Shown: positions 36,418-49,929 of the stretch, in pieces
Numbering within the stretch: the stretch's first letter is position 1
Layout: every line of letters starts with the position of its first letter
The notes under the pieces: model-generated
The model's database searches: none
Told to the model about the DNA's origin: nothing
Seen by the model: the letters and a program-made list of their open reading frames with translations, nothing else
Program-made: the position numbers and the translations under genes
Source of the DNA: Sphaerodactylus townsendi
Taxonomy: Eukaryota
DNA length: 64,000 bases
NCBI RefSeq assembly: GCF_021028975.2
Contig: NC_059426.1
Coordinates: forward strand, 46,004,001 to 46,068,000
Direction: 5' to 3'

Positions 36418-36752
36418 GCCATCACTGAGTTGGGAAATTCCTGGATATTTGAGGTGAAGCCTGTGGAAGGTGAGGTTTGGAGAGGGAGGGACTATAATTA
36501 GGGCGGCCAACTCAGGTTAGGGAAATATTTGGACGGTGGAGCCTGTGGAGGGAGGTTTTGGAGAAGGACCTCTGCAGGGTATATTATCAAAAATAGCCAT
36601 TTTCTCTAGGGGGATTGCAGTTGTAATTCTGGAAAATCTAGGTCCCACCTGGAGACTAGCAGCTATAGCTAGAATGCCATAGAGTCTAGCCTCCAAAGCA
36701 GCCATTTGCTGGAGGAGAATTGATCTCTGTAGTTGTAAGGATGGTTACCCTG
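36418..36752. mobile_element. Nested fragments of TAGGGTTGCCA-family MITEs
   Basis: At least two partial copies of the GGGAAAT..CTGGA..TTT / GCAGCCATTT / TGATCTCTGTAG segments. Confidence 0.65.
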
Positions 36753-37445
36753 AGGCTAGACTATTTGTGAAGCACTCTTACATGGGCCTGCCCTTAAATA
36801 CTACTTAAAAACTGTGGTTGGTGCAGAATACTGTAGCTTGGTTACTATTAGGGACCCTGCAGAACGTCCGCATCACACCCAATTTGCACACATTCCACTA
36901 ATCAGTTACTGAGTTCAACTCAAGGTTATCATTGTCACTTACAAAAAGCTTAATATTCCAGGACCCATGTAGCTGCTGGTCCACGTCTCCCACAGTGCAC
37001 CACTGTGTCAGTTTCAATTATTTGAGCAAAGTCGTCTTAAGGTGCTACCCTGCAAATGGGTAAGATCGGGAGCTGCCTATTCATGTGAATTCTCAGTGGT
37101 AGCTTCCATCTTGTGGGATGGCCTGCATGAAGAAGTCAGAAAGGCTTCCATACTTCTATCATGCCACAGAATGTTCAAATCAGTGATGTTCACAAATGGA
37201 AGAGCTGAAACTATAATCTATTTCATTGGCTCCAGCTTCACAGCCAAAAGATATGAGGAGAAAAAGTCAGCCATCGATGTCCACTCTTGTAATCCCCCTT
37301 CTGTATTGTTCATAGTATAGTCTCTTTCTTGTGTCCTCTAATTATGTAATCCTTGTCCTATTGCATTGTTCATTGGTTGCTTTGTACTGTCTATCTGCAC
37401 TGCTTTAATACCCTCAATCCACTTTGAGTCTCAGTGAGAAAGTTA
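36752..37445 (+). mobile_element. Degenerate L2 LINE 3' end
   Basis: AGGCTAGACTAT (RLDY), ATGGGCCTGCCC, GTGCAGAAT (VQN), CATCACACC (HITP) in L2 order. Confidence 0.7.
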
Positions 37446-37704
37446 TAGATTTTTAAAAGGTTAAAAAACCCTAATAAATAACGTTTCCTATTAGATCAAA
37501 TGATGATGCATTTGCAAATGGGTGTAAATAATGTAGGCTGCATACTCAGCTAAGAATATTTTCATGTTGCATTCATACACCATGGGACATTATCCCATAG
37601 CAGTCATTTGCAACCGGATTGGCTTGTTCACATAGGAAAATCCAGTTGTGAATTATTTCTATAGCAGAATGAAAGGATTATAGCCAACAATATATGGATG
37701 CAGT

Positions 37705-37827
37705 CAGTGGTGGGATTCAAATAATTTAACAACCGGTTCCGGTGGTGGGATTCAAATAATTTAACAACTAGTTGTTTACATGCACCATTTTAACAACCGG
37801 TTCTGACCCAGCTGAATCCCACCACTG
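37705..37827. mobile_element. hAT MITE with duplicated left end (same family as 8648)
   Basis: TIR CAGTGGTGGGATTCA / TGAATCCCACCACTG; TSD GATGCAGT / GATGCAGC. Confidence 0.92.
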
Positions 37828-38825
37828 GATGCAGCCCATGTAAATTAGTCGTAATAATATAATGATTTCTGATGTTCTTAGATATAACAGTGGCTATAAT
37901 AGCAGAGCTGGAAACACTGCCTGCTGGGAGATGTAGTATGGTAGGACAGTAAGTAAAAGGGAAAAAATGTAATGAGGTCCTGTGCTGATTTACTGACCGA
38001 CGCAGGAGTTATGTCTATTTAAAGGCTACAGATAACTTTGTAACTTAAATTGTACTCAGTTATTTAATACAACATGATTCTCAGGCCAAAACAATGCACT
38101 TCATTACTGGCAAAAGGATATATTTTTTAATCAGGCATAGTTTATACAACCCCTAACAATACTTCTGCTTTGGTAAAATAACAAAAAGCTATTGTTCTTT
38201 TGTAAGCACATCCGAGTTTTCAAAGAATCCTTTCAATTGCAATAGTTGTGTTCTTACTGACAGAAGGCGTACTCTCCTGCCTCGTCTGTGATGAGTACCT
38301 TAAGGAGAAAAAAAGATACACATTGAAAACTTGCCAAATACCACATCTGCCTCCCTTTGCACCTCAAAGGGTGAAGCCAAACAATAAGGTGGTGAAGATG
38401 AGTAAACCTATCAATTAACTGTGTGAGGGCTACCCTCTCTCTTTCTGTCAAACAACTACAGATGATCTCTTTCCCCTACCCTGGAGAAAAAACACACCTC
38501 ACACAATCTACTTACTGGATGTCTAGCTGGCAAATGCAAGCTGCAACACCTGTGCAACAGATACACACAGCTGTACACATCCGGCTGTTGATCCATCTGT
38601 AGAAGGTACCACATGGAAGTGTTTGCCTTTGAATAGGCTGAGAGGAGGGGAGAATCATGTATAGCACAGTTGAGGAGAGTGTTTCCTTCTGGTGTTGATT
38701 ATTTATATCCTTTCCTGTCTTCATATGTTCCCATCATGTTAAAACGGTACAGGTAATTCTTCTTTGCAACAATACAATGTTAGATAATCAGCGCGAGAGT
38801 GAATCCATTCACAGGGCATCAAATT

Positions 38826-38960
38826 ATAAGAACATCACAAGACTACCTGGTATGGACTAAAGGACCATCTGGTCCAGCATCTAACATTCTAAAGTGGCCA
38901 ACCAGATGCCTTCAGAAAACCCACAACCAAGCAGGAAGGTGACTGCCCCGACTGCCATGA
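38826..38960 (-). mobile_element. CR1 3' tail fragment
   Basis: ATAAGAACAT...AAAGGACCATCTGGTCCAGCATC...GTGGCCAACCAGATGCC resembles a reverse CR1 terminus. Confidence 0.6.
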
Positions 38961-40339
38961 TTTAATCCCTTCAGTTTAACTAGATACATTAAAATTGTTT
39001 TCCTTGTTTATATCATGGGTGGAATCACCCAGCATTTGGTCTAGAAGGCAGTGGTCTAGAAGGGGTTTCTTTTTTAATCAAAGGGGGATATTTTGCCCAT
39101 GACGTCGTGTCTCTGCTTCATATGCAATACATTGGTGGTGTGTAAATTTTTTACTAACAACTTCTATTATCTTCTGAATCAGCAGAAACAACAAAGGCGA
39201 TAATTATAGTCTGAGGATGCTATAGTGTTTCAAACAAGGCTGCAGGAGTGGTATTACAAAGAAAATATTTGGTTTGCATACAGCTTTTACTGTTCTCAAA
39301 GACATCTCAATTATGGTAAATTTTAGCTAAAAACTTCTGTCCTTAAGCAAAAACAGCTTTGTCTGAAACCTCTTAGTCGTCTTCTTTTTAATTTCTCTGG
39401 ATGCCTCTTTGAATTAAGATAGTCCAAATGTTGGCTAGAGAAGGGATTTTTTTTCCTACTTGAACTTCGTCTGGTTTTGCTAGCATAGGTACTTTTTGTA
39501 GTGGGGGGAGCAGAGGAGGAGGAGGAGGAAAGGAATGATGAGCGGGATAAATGTATGTCATTTAAAACCTCTTATGTACATCTGCTACTTGTCAACTCAT
39601 GATCTTCTGGTCCTTGACTATTTGGCTACCCTGTGATTTGCAATAATGGAATTACTCAAAAAAGTTATCAACAAAGACATTGCATTATAAATGGGAGTAG
39701 TAAGACTTCAGATGTTTAGAGATGAATGAAACGGATGTCATGGTATTTGTTGTATTTTGTGAACCTTTCAAAGGAACCACATAGGTCTTTAACTATATGG
39801 CCAATGTAAACATTACACGGGCCAGATCCTAAACAGGAATAAATCATTATAAATGGAGATCTGCTCAAATACTGATCTGGATTATGTACAACTGTTACTG
39901 TGACTGCTTCACATATTTTTTTAGAGCCAGCGTTCATAGGTAGATTAACCACTGTGCTAAGTGCTCAGTAGAATCGAGATTCAGCAAAATTGATCTTCTT
40001 ATTCTAATATAACGGGGACCTCAAATATGTAGTTCGGCACAGGATTTTCACTGTTTCACCAAAACTGTTTGTGCAAGCCATCATCAGCCCTGTTTTAATT
40101 GATTCTGGAGCCTAATCTGTATACCTATTTGGTCATAGGTGATAGAGCGTTTTCCTCCTGCCCTTGAAATCTCCATCCCTTTTCCATGTTGTAGAAATGA
40201 GGAAATATTTCCTTTTCCAGGGGGGTTTCACTTATTTGCCTTACTTTCACTTTTGTCTGCAGCAGGTAAAAATAGATCTTATGATAGGCATGATGTACCC
40301 AACAGCAAACCCAGAGAAAGATGGTGGTCATAACTGTTA

Positions 40340-41210
40340 TTTAACATCTATATGCGACCCCTTGCTCAGTTGTGCAGAGTTTTGGGCCAATTTGTCATCA
40401 GTATGCAGATGACACTCAGCTCATTCTGTGGATGGAGGGTGGGATGTCCGCAGCCCCTCGGCTCTCCAGCATGTTTGAGGGTGGTTGCTGGTTGGTTGAT
40501 GTTAAGCAGGTTAAAACTAAATCCATCGAAGATGGAGGTCCTATGGGTTGGTTGCAAAGGGGGAGCTGTGGGGTTCCACATGCTGCTGCTAGAGGGAGTC
40601 TCCCTTCTGGTGACTGTCCAAAGCCTGGGGATTCACCTGGATTCATCTCTATCTAAGGAGACCCAGGTGACCCACACAACCCAGGTGGCATTTTTCCATC
40701 TGTGCCAGGCTCGGCGCCTGGCCCCCTATCTCTCCCAGACTGACCTAGCCACAGTGATCCATGCCACAGTCACCTCCAGGCTAGACTATTGCAACCCGCT
40801 CTATGCGGGTTGATCCAGAAATTAAAATTGGTCCAGCATGCAGTGGCACTTCTCATGGGAGGCTCTATGTGAAACCAAATCTCCCCTGTCTTGCTCTGCT
40901 TGTACTGGCTCCCAATTGAACACTGGATCACTTTCAAGGTGTTGGTACTTACCTTTAAGGCAATCTGCGGCCTTGGGCCCTCATATCTATGGGACCGTCT
41001 CCTCCCCTATGTCCCCACTCGACCTCTGCGCTCTGCAGAGGCCAATCTGCTGGTGGTTCCTGGCCCTTCTATGATGCAGCTGGCCTCCACCTGGGCCAGG
41101 GCCTTTAGTGCTTTGGCCCCAGCCTGGTGGAACGCTCTGCCCCCAACCATCTGGGTCCTGCAGGACCTTGAACAGTTCTGCAGGGCCTGCAAAACAGAGC
41201 TGTTCCTTTG
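40340..41210 (+). mobile_element. L2 LINE ORF2 remnant (RT to C-terminus)
   Basis: Frameshifted ORFs: CHQYADDTQL, RLKLNPSKME, TSRLDYCNPLYAG, WLPIEHWITFKVLVLTFKA. Confidence 0.92.
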
Positions 41211-41249
41211 GGGGAGACAGCTGCTGATGAAGTGCCATTCCCTATATTG

Positions 41250-41655
41250 AAGAGCCCCTTCGGCGGGAGGGTGGAGTAACCTGGTAGCATTACCCAGAGT
41301 CTATGTAGGAGCAGTCCCAGGCAAGTAGCTCTGGGGAATAAGAGGCCTTTGGCAGGAATTGCAGTTGTCGTTGTAAAGTGAATTCTACCTGACCTTGTCT
41401 GCACACCACTGTTGTTTCCAGACCTGATTGACAATGGACCAGCTTCCAACCTTGATTGCTGGATTCTCCTAGTTGCTGTATGCATTCCTGGCAATTGACT
41501 CCTGGCCTAATTGACTTCTCTTTGGACACTCCCATGGACTTGGTAACCATGGACGTTATTCTTTGTTGAACTGCCAGCAGTCTAGCCCTGAGCCTCCTCA
41601 GTGCTGCGTGTTACTGTGGCAGCACACCAGCCCCGCCCAGCCTGCACAGGACCCA
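41250..41655 (+). mobile_element. Possible degenerate Gypsy-type LTR
   Basis: Truncates the L2 copy; composition resembles reptile Gypsy LTRs; no TSD confirmed. Confidence 0.3.
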
Positions 41656-42497
41656 GTAATCAGTGTATTTATTGCTTCATGACCAGCACAGCTCAGACTT
41701 TGGGTTTAACAAGTCACCTAATTTTTCCTGACGCTCCATCATGTTAAGGAATCAACAGCCTCAGGAGGGCTGAAAATAGAGATGAGAAGAAGAGTAACCA
41801 ATTAGGCCTCTTTTATCCGATATTTATGGGAGGCATTCTTGCCTGTTGTGCAGCCATTTTTCTCACTCTGTTCCTGACACCTAGTGTTGGGTCTGCCTCT
41901 TCAGTATTGAGCTACCCCCCTGTGCCCTCTCTGAAAAGATTATGTTTCTAAAGCCACAGGAATCAATTTGTTTCAAAAGAGGGAAATGCCACACTTAAGG
42001 CAAATTGTAGGCTAATTTTCGAGCAATGTGCATATTGCTCTGGAATGGTTCTTACACAGAAAACAAGGGGAGGCAGGATGTTAATTTTTGTGTACATTTT
42101 TAACAAACCCTCAGAAACTAGGTTTCCTGTCAGGTATTTCTGGGTTATTGTACCACAGACAATCTACTTTCCAAAGCACAAATGGCATTGTCAGAATAAC
42201 ATTGCTATCCCTTTTCTTGACTGGACAACAGTAGCTGTGCTTTTATGATTTTCAGAAGCAACACTTTCTTTCACTTAGATTGAACTCTGAGATAATGTAA
42301 GTCTCAAAATGGGCTGAAGGCCTATGTTGTCAGATTCAGCTTGGTTTTTCTGCTAGTTACATTGGAGGCAACTTCCAGGGTATCTGATATCATTATATGT
42401 TTAGTTAGAGAATATATATGCCCTCTCTCCAGAGACCTGTTAGGAGCAGTACAGAACTAAACACAGTAAAGCCATTAACACAATCGTAGCTGTTAAC

Positions 42498-42697
42498 ACC
42501 CTGACTTGGATAGCCCAGGCTATTCTGTTCTCATGAGAACTCATCTGCTAAGAAGGGTCAGCCCTGGTTAGTACTTGGATGGGAGATCAGTAAGAAAGTC
42601 CAGGGTTGCTACATAAAGGCAGTCAATGACAAACCACCTCTGAAGTCTCTTGCCTTGAGACCCCCATGGAGTTTCCATAAGTCAGCTGGGTCTTGAT
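42498..42697 (+). mobile_element. 5S rRNA-derived SINE with RTE/Sauria-type tail
   Basis: GCTAAGAAGGGTCAGCCCTGGTTAGTACTTGGATGGGAGA matches the 5S internal control region; tail CAAACCACCTCTGAA...CCATAAGTCAG. Confidence 0.85.
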
Positions 42698-43135
42698 TTT
42701 ATTTGTTTATTGGATTTGTATCCCACCCTCTCCTGACCAAAGTTAGGTAAAGAAATTACATCAGTCCACAATATAGTTAAAACAATACAATTAAAATACC
42801 TGCTGGCACTCTAGTTTCATTTTATCAGATGATTTCAAATGCCTTTTAAGAAGCTTACAAGAACAACCCAGGGGAATAAACACATCACAAAATACACATC
42901 ACAAAACATGCATCACAAAACAACCAAGATAGAACCCCATAGTTAAAATGTAGGCACCAGGTGAGACACATGAGGGAAGGCATACCAAAGGCTAGGTGCC
43001 ATAACTGCAAGCGCCCTGTCTCTGGTCACCACCAGTTCTGCCAGCAAGAGTATAGCGAGCAGGACTTCAGAAGAGGATCTCAGCTGAAAGTCTGGGTGAT
43101 AGGAATGGAGACAGTCTGAAGTACCCTGAATCAAA

Positions 43136-43590
43136 CAGCTCAATCCAAAGGAGGGGGGGCAAGCAGATGCCGGAACTACCACTGTTGCGCTGTCTCCAAA
43201 GAGGCAATCAGCAGTGTGGGCACTGGGGGAGAAGGAGAAACTCTTTCTTTCCAGGAAAGCACATAGGTGCACAAGACTTATGCCACTCTTTTAGGTGGCA
43301 TAAGTCTGTGCCACTGAAGTGAGGAGTTCCCAGGAGAAAGTCCTTTGGGAGCTGATTAAAGTTGGCTCCGCCCCTGAAAACACCCCCTTCATGCTGGCAC
43401 GGCCTCCTGTGGTGCAGGAATGATGGCATGATGGAAAACATCCAGGGTCTTGTGCTGCAGCCCCCCCCCCCCACCACACACAGTAAGTTCCTCTGTGCTG
43501 CCATCTGTGCCACTTTGCGCAGCGCTGGTGCCGGTGTAACCCTCCCACAGCTTCCAATGTGGCTTCGGTCCCCTCCTTAGGATTGCAGCC
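43136..43590. mobile_element. Probable PIF/Harbinger-like non-autonomous element inserted in L2
   Basis: CAGCTCAATCC ... GGATTGCAGCC termini, AAA/TAA flanks; L2 sequence resumes on both sides. Confidence 0.55.
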
Positions 43591-44350
43591 TAAGTCACTT
43601 AGGGTCTTAAAAGTACCAGCACTTTGAGTTGTGCCCAGAAACAAATTTCCAGTGAAGATCTTTGATCTTTTAGGACTGTAGTGACATGATTCCAACATCC
43701 AGTCTCCAAAAGTAACCTGGTAGCATTTTGTACCAACTGAAGTTTTCAAATAGGTTTCAAAGCACATTACAGTAATCTAACTTATAATGTGATCACAGCA
43801 TGGACAAATTACATGTTCCAAAGAAGGACTGTAGCCAGAGTACCAGCCAAAGGGAGTTAAAATGACCACAGAGGAATCCTTGAACATTGCAGCAGTATCT
43901 CAAAACTATCAGTCTTCACCTTTGGGGAGAGTACAAATCTGCCTTCAAGACAGATTCCTGAGTCCTCAATCAGCTTTGTCAATGACCAAAGGATTCAGTT
44001 TATTGGACCTCATTCACCCCATGACTTCCTCCAGGAATTTGTTCAGAACTTCCACAGCCAATCCTAACTTGGCTGTAAGGGAAAAATAAAGATGGGCGTC
44101 ATCTGTAGACTAATCTCTTTAACTGGTTTCATAAAAATGTTCAACAGCATGGAGATTGAAATGGTTCTCTGCAGAACCCCACAGGATATATGCCACAGGA
44201 TCAAGCACCAATATCCCAGCACCACTTTGTGGAATAAGTCAGCCAGGAAAGAGGAGAACCACTGAAGCCCTTTTTTCAGTCCAGACAACCTTTCCAGAAT
44301 GCAAACATAGCTGGTGGTTTTGAGAGCTGCCAGTGAGTCCAGAAAACCCA

Positions 44351-44554
44351 NNNNNNNNNNNNNNNNNNNNNNNNNNNNNNNNNNNNNNNNNNNNNNNNNN
44401 NNNNNNNNNNNNNNNNNNNNNNNNNNNNNNNNNNNNNNNNNNNNNNNNNNNNNNNNNNNNNNNNNNNNNNNNNNNNNNNNNNNNNNNNNNNNNNNNNNNN
44501 NNNNNNNNNNNNNNNNNNNNNNNNNNNNNNNNNNNNNNNNNNNNNNNNNNNNNN
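44351..44554. other. Assembly gap
   Basis: Run of N. Confidence 1.
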
Positions 44555-44780
44555 CTGAAGGGCTCTAGGCGGTTTACAGCAACAACATCCTAAAATTAAA
44601 TCAATAATTTAAAAACAATGAAAACCTTTAAAATTTAGTAGCAGCGTACCAATCCCTAAAACAGAGACAGCTTAAAAATCCCATGGTAGTGGCGCCTGTT
44701 CCTAAGGTCAGGAGGGGGTGGCAGTGCCAAAAGATGAAAAAGGCATTGCCAAAGATGGCAAAATATGGCAGGGGCCTCAC
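44555..44780 (-). mobile_element. Younger L2 3' UTR fragment
   Basis: Highly similar to 51415-51635, which continues into L2 ORF2. Confidence 0.8.
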
Positions 44781-45346
44781 CTACCTTGCAAGAAGCATCA
44801 GTCAAGGTGATAAAGGGCCATCTAGGGATATCTAGACCCATTTCAATCTAGATTCAGGCCTGGATTTGTGATAATGGGTCTAGATAATTCATCTTCTCCA
44901 AGACTACGAGAAGCTGTGTAGGCACTTTCTGCTCAAGCACCTTGCCCAAGAATGGAATGTTGCCCTCTGGGAGGTAATTAAGGCATTTGGGTGCAGGAAC
45001 ATCTTCTTTAGGGAGGAGCTTCCTAACAGGAGATGAAGGTATGTAGCTAGTAAGTGCAGGCCTCCCAAGTTGAGACTCATAGAAGATTTCTGCAGTTGTG
45101 TGTGTGTGTGTGGGGGGGGGGGGTGATTTCCACTGGTTCTTCTCTCTCACTGCCAATCTCCCACTTCCCTATACTATTCCTGGGCTCTCCTTTCTCCCAG
45201 GAGTAATATAGGGGCATAATTTGGGGCAGTAGCAGAAAGGAATGGCAGGGAAGCCCAATTCCATGGTTAAAAATTATATATGGAAATCTCTGGTGGTTGT
45301 AAGAAAGTTTCCCTGGCTGGTGAGGGTTCTTCCCTCGTGGTGTAGT

Positions 45347-45512
45347 GCCAGCTGGGTGACCTTGGGCTAGTCATAGTTCTTCTGAGCTCTCTCAGCCCCG
45401 CCTACCTCACATGGTGTTTGTTGTGAGGGGGGAAGGGAAAGGAGGTTGTAAGCCCCTTTGAATCTCCTTACAGGAGAGAAAGGGGGATTATAAATCCAAC
45501 TCTTCTTCTTCC
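45347..45512 (+). mobile_element. Squam3-like SINE, 5'-truncated
   Basis: CORE plus tail nearly identical to 9528-9696. Confidence 0.88.
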
Positions 45513-45639
45513 TCTGCAGTCCCCTTCCCTGGCTAGATAAGGATTGGGGTGTGCAGATTGAATTCTTCCAGACAGGCCACCCATTCAAGACTCCATGCTG
45601 GCTCAAATTCTGATACAAAATGTCAACCTGATTTTCATA

Positions 45640-46450
45640 TTACTATGCAGTAGTTACACCAGCCAGTAAAATGCTGCTTTTAAAAATCCATTCCACTGTG
45701 CTGTCTAATGCCATCAATGTCTTTGTAGTTATTCTTGAGTGTTCTCAGTTAAAATGTTAAGAGATTGCTGTTAACAGCAGCTTTTATTAGATTCCAAACT
45801 CAATGTTGGGCCTTCTCCTTAGATAGGCCGAGATGTTGATCAAGCCACAGATAATGTCGTTGTTAACGATTTTTAAAAAAGAGAGGAAGAAAAAAAATGT
45901 TAAAAGCCATTACTCCTCATTGAGATAATTCTGCCAACATTATACTGTAGAAGTGCACCTTTTGTGTAACAACAAAATGACAAAATTGAAATGTTAAAAG
46001 TAGAGTGTCTGAACAAAAGCCTGTGAAATCATTTAGACAAGATCATTGTCCTGCCATTGTAAAAGAACAGGGAAGTGACAGAATGGGGAACAGAAAAAGA
46101 TGCACTTGTCACAATAAGGTAAAGAGGATTCCTCTTTGTTCCGTCTATCCTACTGGGAAGGGTTTTCGGCTAACGACAGAGCACCCTCCTCTGGCAGCTT
46201 GCCCAAAATGAAAGACTTCAGTTTGGCGATGGGAAACCTCTTTAACAAGTCAAGCCAGAGATGTTGTAGCACAATCGTGTATCTTTGTTTTAACAGGAAG
46301 GTGTCACATACAGCATCAGGTGCTTTCAAGCAACATTAAGCAGGGCATTATTTAGCAGTGTAGTTGCAGCTGTAAGTAGTGTTTCCCATTTCTCCTTAAG
46401 ACAAGCTACAGACCTTACAGATAGGTTTGTTTTTAATAGCACGTGCAAAG
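45640..46450. promoter_or_regulatory. Candidate conserved non-coding block
   Basis: Repeat-free, with paired CATTGT SOX-type sites, TGACA MEIS-type and TTTATT/TAAT homeodomain sites; inference only. Confidence 0.25.
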
Positions 46451-46949
46451 GACCCTCTTGACTGGGACCAGTGTGTGGGACCATAACACAGGAAGGTGAT
46501 GAAGTATTTCCTCTGTACCATTTCTGTGACCTGAAAAGGCTTCATAGAACTATTTACCCCCACTGAAGAAAACATTATTCAGAACCTATATGTTTGCTCC
46601 AAAATGACATGTTGAGAGAGGGGTAGAAAAGAAGGCAGCACACAGTACAAGAGTCCGGAGATTCACTGTCACATGAGCTGTAAGTTTATTACCAGGATGT
46701 TGTCATGTGGTGATGGTGGAAAATGGTCAAGTCACAACTGAGTTATCTTTCAAGACAAGAGGTGTTCAGAGGTGCCATTTTCTGCCTCTCTGGTGAGCTG
46801 AGAGAGTTCTGAAAAAAAGGCTTTATGCGGAGGGGTAGGGAAACAAACCTGGTTCTCCAGATTACATAACCATTACACCACGTTGGCACTACTTAGGTCA
46901 TTTCAAAAATTGTACCTATTTATTTTTATTTACATTAGTCATAGTCCAT

Positions 46950-48880
46950 CTTTCTCCCTGAGAATCAATGAAACAGAAACTTTTCTGGCATGACTCATGG
47001 GATGGGGAGCATGTTATCCTGTTCAGAGAAATAATGCTAAGGCCTTGAGCCTGAGCAGTGGAAAAGGACGACTGGGAGGAAAACAGTGGCACATTATTCC
47101 AGAGCTGAAGTACTTTAAGTACTTGGCTCATCCTGACGTCAACTCTGGCTGTCTCCAGTGATTCCCCACTTGCTGGCCCTCTTGGGCTTTTCCAGATTAC
47201 TTTGATCACTTTTTGGTCATCCCCAGGATTTTCTTGGATATCTGGGTGTTTTTGCCACTTGCTGGTTGCATCTCCCTTGATGCTATTAAGGGCTATTGTA
47301 TTCTCGGCATAGGAAGTGAGCAGATTTATACTTGCCTGTGGAGACGGATAGATCCAACTGGTTTCCAGAATGTTCTGGGGGATCCAATGTCCCCTGGTAA
47401 CTTAGTAGATGTGCTAGTAGTAGAAGACTGTCATAGCTGTCTTTCTGGAGCCATCAGTGAGATTGCTCCCTGAAGTTCTCTTTGCCCCTACATCAACTTT
47501 GCACCCTGGTATACTAGGTTGCTGCGGATGAAGAAGTGGAAGCTTAGATGACTAAAGAGAATTTGGCAGCATACTCATGATGAAGTTACAAGAGCATCGC
47601 ATATAAAATCCTATGAAGTGGCAGTGAGGGCCGCAAAAAGGGAAAATTAATTTTGCTACCTCCATTGCTTCTGCTAGCTCATGCTCAGACAGTTATTTAG
47701 GGTAATTAGGTCTCTTATGTCCCTTCTGGTGGAGTCTCAAAATGTTAGTGATTTAGTGATCAGCTGAAAAGCTTTTCAAGATATTTCACAGATAATGTTG
47801 CTTTGCCAAGACCTCCCAGTCAATATTGATAGAATGAGTTAACTAGACCATTTTCAGGTACTATATGGAACATTTTCAGCTGGCTATCCAGGCAAATATT
47901 GACAGAATTCTGGCTTCTGTGAAGCCCATCACCTGCCTCCTTGATTCGTGCTCATCATGGCTGGTTAAAGTCAGTGGTGATTGGATACGAGGCCCTCTGG
48001 TGGACATTCTCAATCTGTCCCTGAGTTCAGGGGTCTTTCCAGAGAGGCTGAAGGAGGCACTGGTGAGATAGCTCTTGAAAAAACATCCAGCCACCACCCA
48101 GTATCGAACCTTCCATTTCTGGGTAAGGTAGTTGAAAAAGAAGTAGCAGAACACCTCCAGATTATTCTGAAAAATACCTCGGCCCTGAACACATTTCAGT
48201 TCTGCTTCCAGACTGGTCATGGGACAGCAGTTCTGCTGGGTACCCTCACAAATAATCTCTGTATACAACTGATTGGGGTGTGTCAGTGCTACTGTTATTA
48301 GTAGATGTTACAACAGCATTTGACACAGTCAATCTTGACCTTTTGACTCAGCACCTCACCAATTCTGGTTTGAATTGACAGTCTTACAGTGGCTAGTCTA
48401 ATTTCTCCAGGGTCTGTGACAGAGGGTTGCCTTGGAGGAGAGGATGTCATCATAGCTCTTCTTGGTGTGTGGAGTCCCTCAGGGGGAGAGTCTTTCCTTA
48501 GTGTTATTTACCATCAATGTATGACCTTTGTTCAGTTAGTTAGACGTTTGGGGCTTTGTTGTCATCAACATGCTGATGACACCCACCTGTATTTGTTGAT
48601 GGCTGGCTGGCTGGGTGACATCCCAGATGGACTGGGCAGTTGCATGGAGGCTGTAGTGAAATAGTTGAAGCAGTGCTGCCTGAAACTCAATCCACTGAAG
48701 ACAGAGGCGTAGCTCCAAGGGGACGGGGGGTGCACACCCCTGTGGGGGCATGGTGGGGGCGTTCTGGGGCGGGGCAGAGGACACACCGGTGCACCGGGCG
48801 CTTTCCCCCCTTGCTACGCCTCTGATCGAAGACACAGATCATGTGGCTGGGCTGAGGAGTTTCAGGATTAGGCCACTGGA
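46950..48880 (+). mobile_element. Degenerate L2 LINE ORF2 (towards RT)
   Basis: TCLLDSCSSWLVK, GVFPERLKEALVR, PVSNLPFLGKVVEK, QFCFQTGHGT, CHQHADDTHLYL, LKLNP in order with frameshifts. Confidence 0.88.
48702..48824. mobile_element. GC-rich hAT MITE inserted in L2 RT
   Basis: TIR CAGAGGCGTAGC / GCTACGCCTCTG; TSD ACTGAAGA / ATCGAAGA. Confidence 0.88.
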
Positions 48881-49460
48881 TGCCAAATTTAGACAGAGCA
48901 AAACTAACATCTACACCCACCATCAAGAGCCCATGTACAACTGTTTCCAATATACATGAATATGTGCATATAAAATATATTAATACATGTATGCCAAATG
49001 TGAACTATTCCAGAGTGTAGGGTTGTCTCCATTCTCCCTCACTGCACCCTTGGCTGAGGGCCTGGTTGCCATGTGCGTGTGTTTAAAAAAATAATAAATA
49101 CAGGTTAATTCTCCCTATGACAGACCACTCATATACTTCATATACAACAGCATTGTGGAACAGTGGCACAACATTTTGGGTTCCCTGGTGATCCTGGGGG
49201 AATGGGGGCATGGAGTTGGGCTAGTCATGTGGGGTCAGTCATGTGATTTGGTTTCCCATGTCTGGGTCTGGGTTGTATGAGGTGTGCGCCAGCAGAAATC
49301 TTTGATGGGACACCCATGTCAGCTCTTGGCAGACTTTGCAACTTCATCACCCCTATAACCTTTAAAGTCTTAAAGCTGTTTTTAATAGCTTTGTAAACTG
49401 GGAAGATGTTTCTTGTGGACACATTCCACTCTTAAAAACAACACAAGAATTTAAAAAGAA

Positions 49461-49538
49461 CTTTGCCCTCCATTCAACAGTATTGACTTGACTTTTATTC
49501 CAGCTTTGCCCTCCATTCAACAGCATTGACTTGACTTA
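49461..49538 (+). repeat. 43-bp period tandem duplication
   Basis: CTTTGCCCTCCATTCAACAG(T/C)ATTGACTTGACTT twice. Confidence 0.9.
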
Positions 49539-49929
49539 TTATTACTCCTGAGAGTGGGGGAAAGCTGCTTATGAACTTGATCACACCATTTCAGAACTCC
49601 ACTGTTTTCTATGGGACATGGAATAGGCATCAGGACAGGTAAGTCTGGAGCCTGCTCCTCTGGCGTTGTTTGTTCCTCGAACAAACAATTCTTAGTTGAA
49701 GGCTAGTGGAACAAGGGGGAATTGCTCCCTTTGCTGTTCCAAAATCAGTCTGAACATGGAAAGCTCGATGTCAATCAGAGCACTGGTGAACCCAGAGCCA
49801 GGCTGCGCTTAAAAGAGCCGGGCTATTTCCCCCTCCCCGCCCCCATGTGCCCTATACTCAAAACAAAGCCAGCTTCAGGCTTTGTCCTAAAACTCCATGA
49901 GGCATGGGCAGCCCAGGGGCATTCTCTTT

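Larger units (their letters stand above)
42700..45090 (-). mobile_element. Fragmented old L2 LINE with nested insertions and a gap
   Basis: Minus ORF remnants RALAVMAPSLW, LQWFSSFL...SCGVLQ, NIPFLGKVLEQKV. Confidence 0.7.

Noticed and set aside
38257-38297. Possible ~41-nt minus-strand exon between a pyrimidine tract/AAG and GTAAGA
   Set aside because: Splice-like signals this weak occur by chance; no recognisable peptide or partner exons
42540-42590. 5S rRNA gene (also 51170-51215)
   Set aside because: Only partial, diverged 5S similarity followed by a retroposon tail, so a 5S-derived SINE
46950-48880. Functional or domesticated reverse transcriptase
   Set aside because: Multiple stops and frameshifts, YADD altered to HADD, and a MITE inserted in the domain
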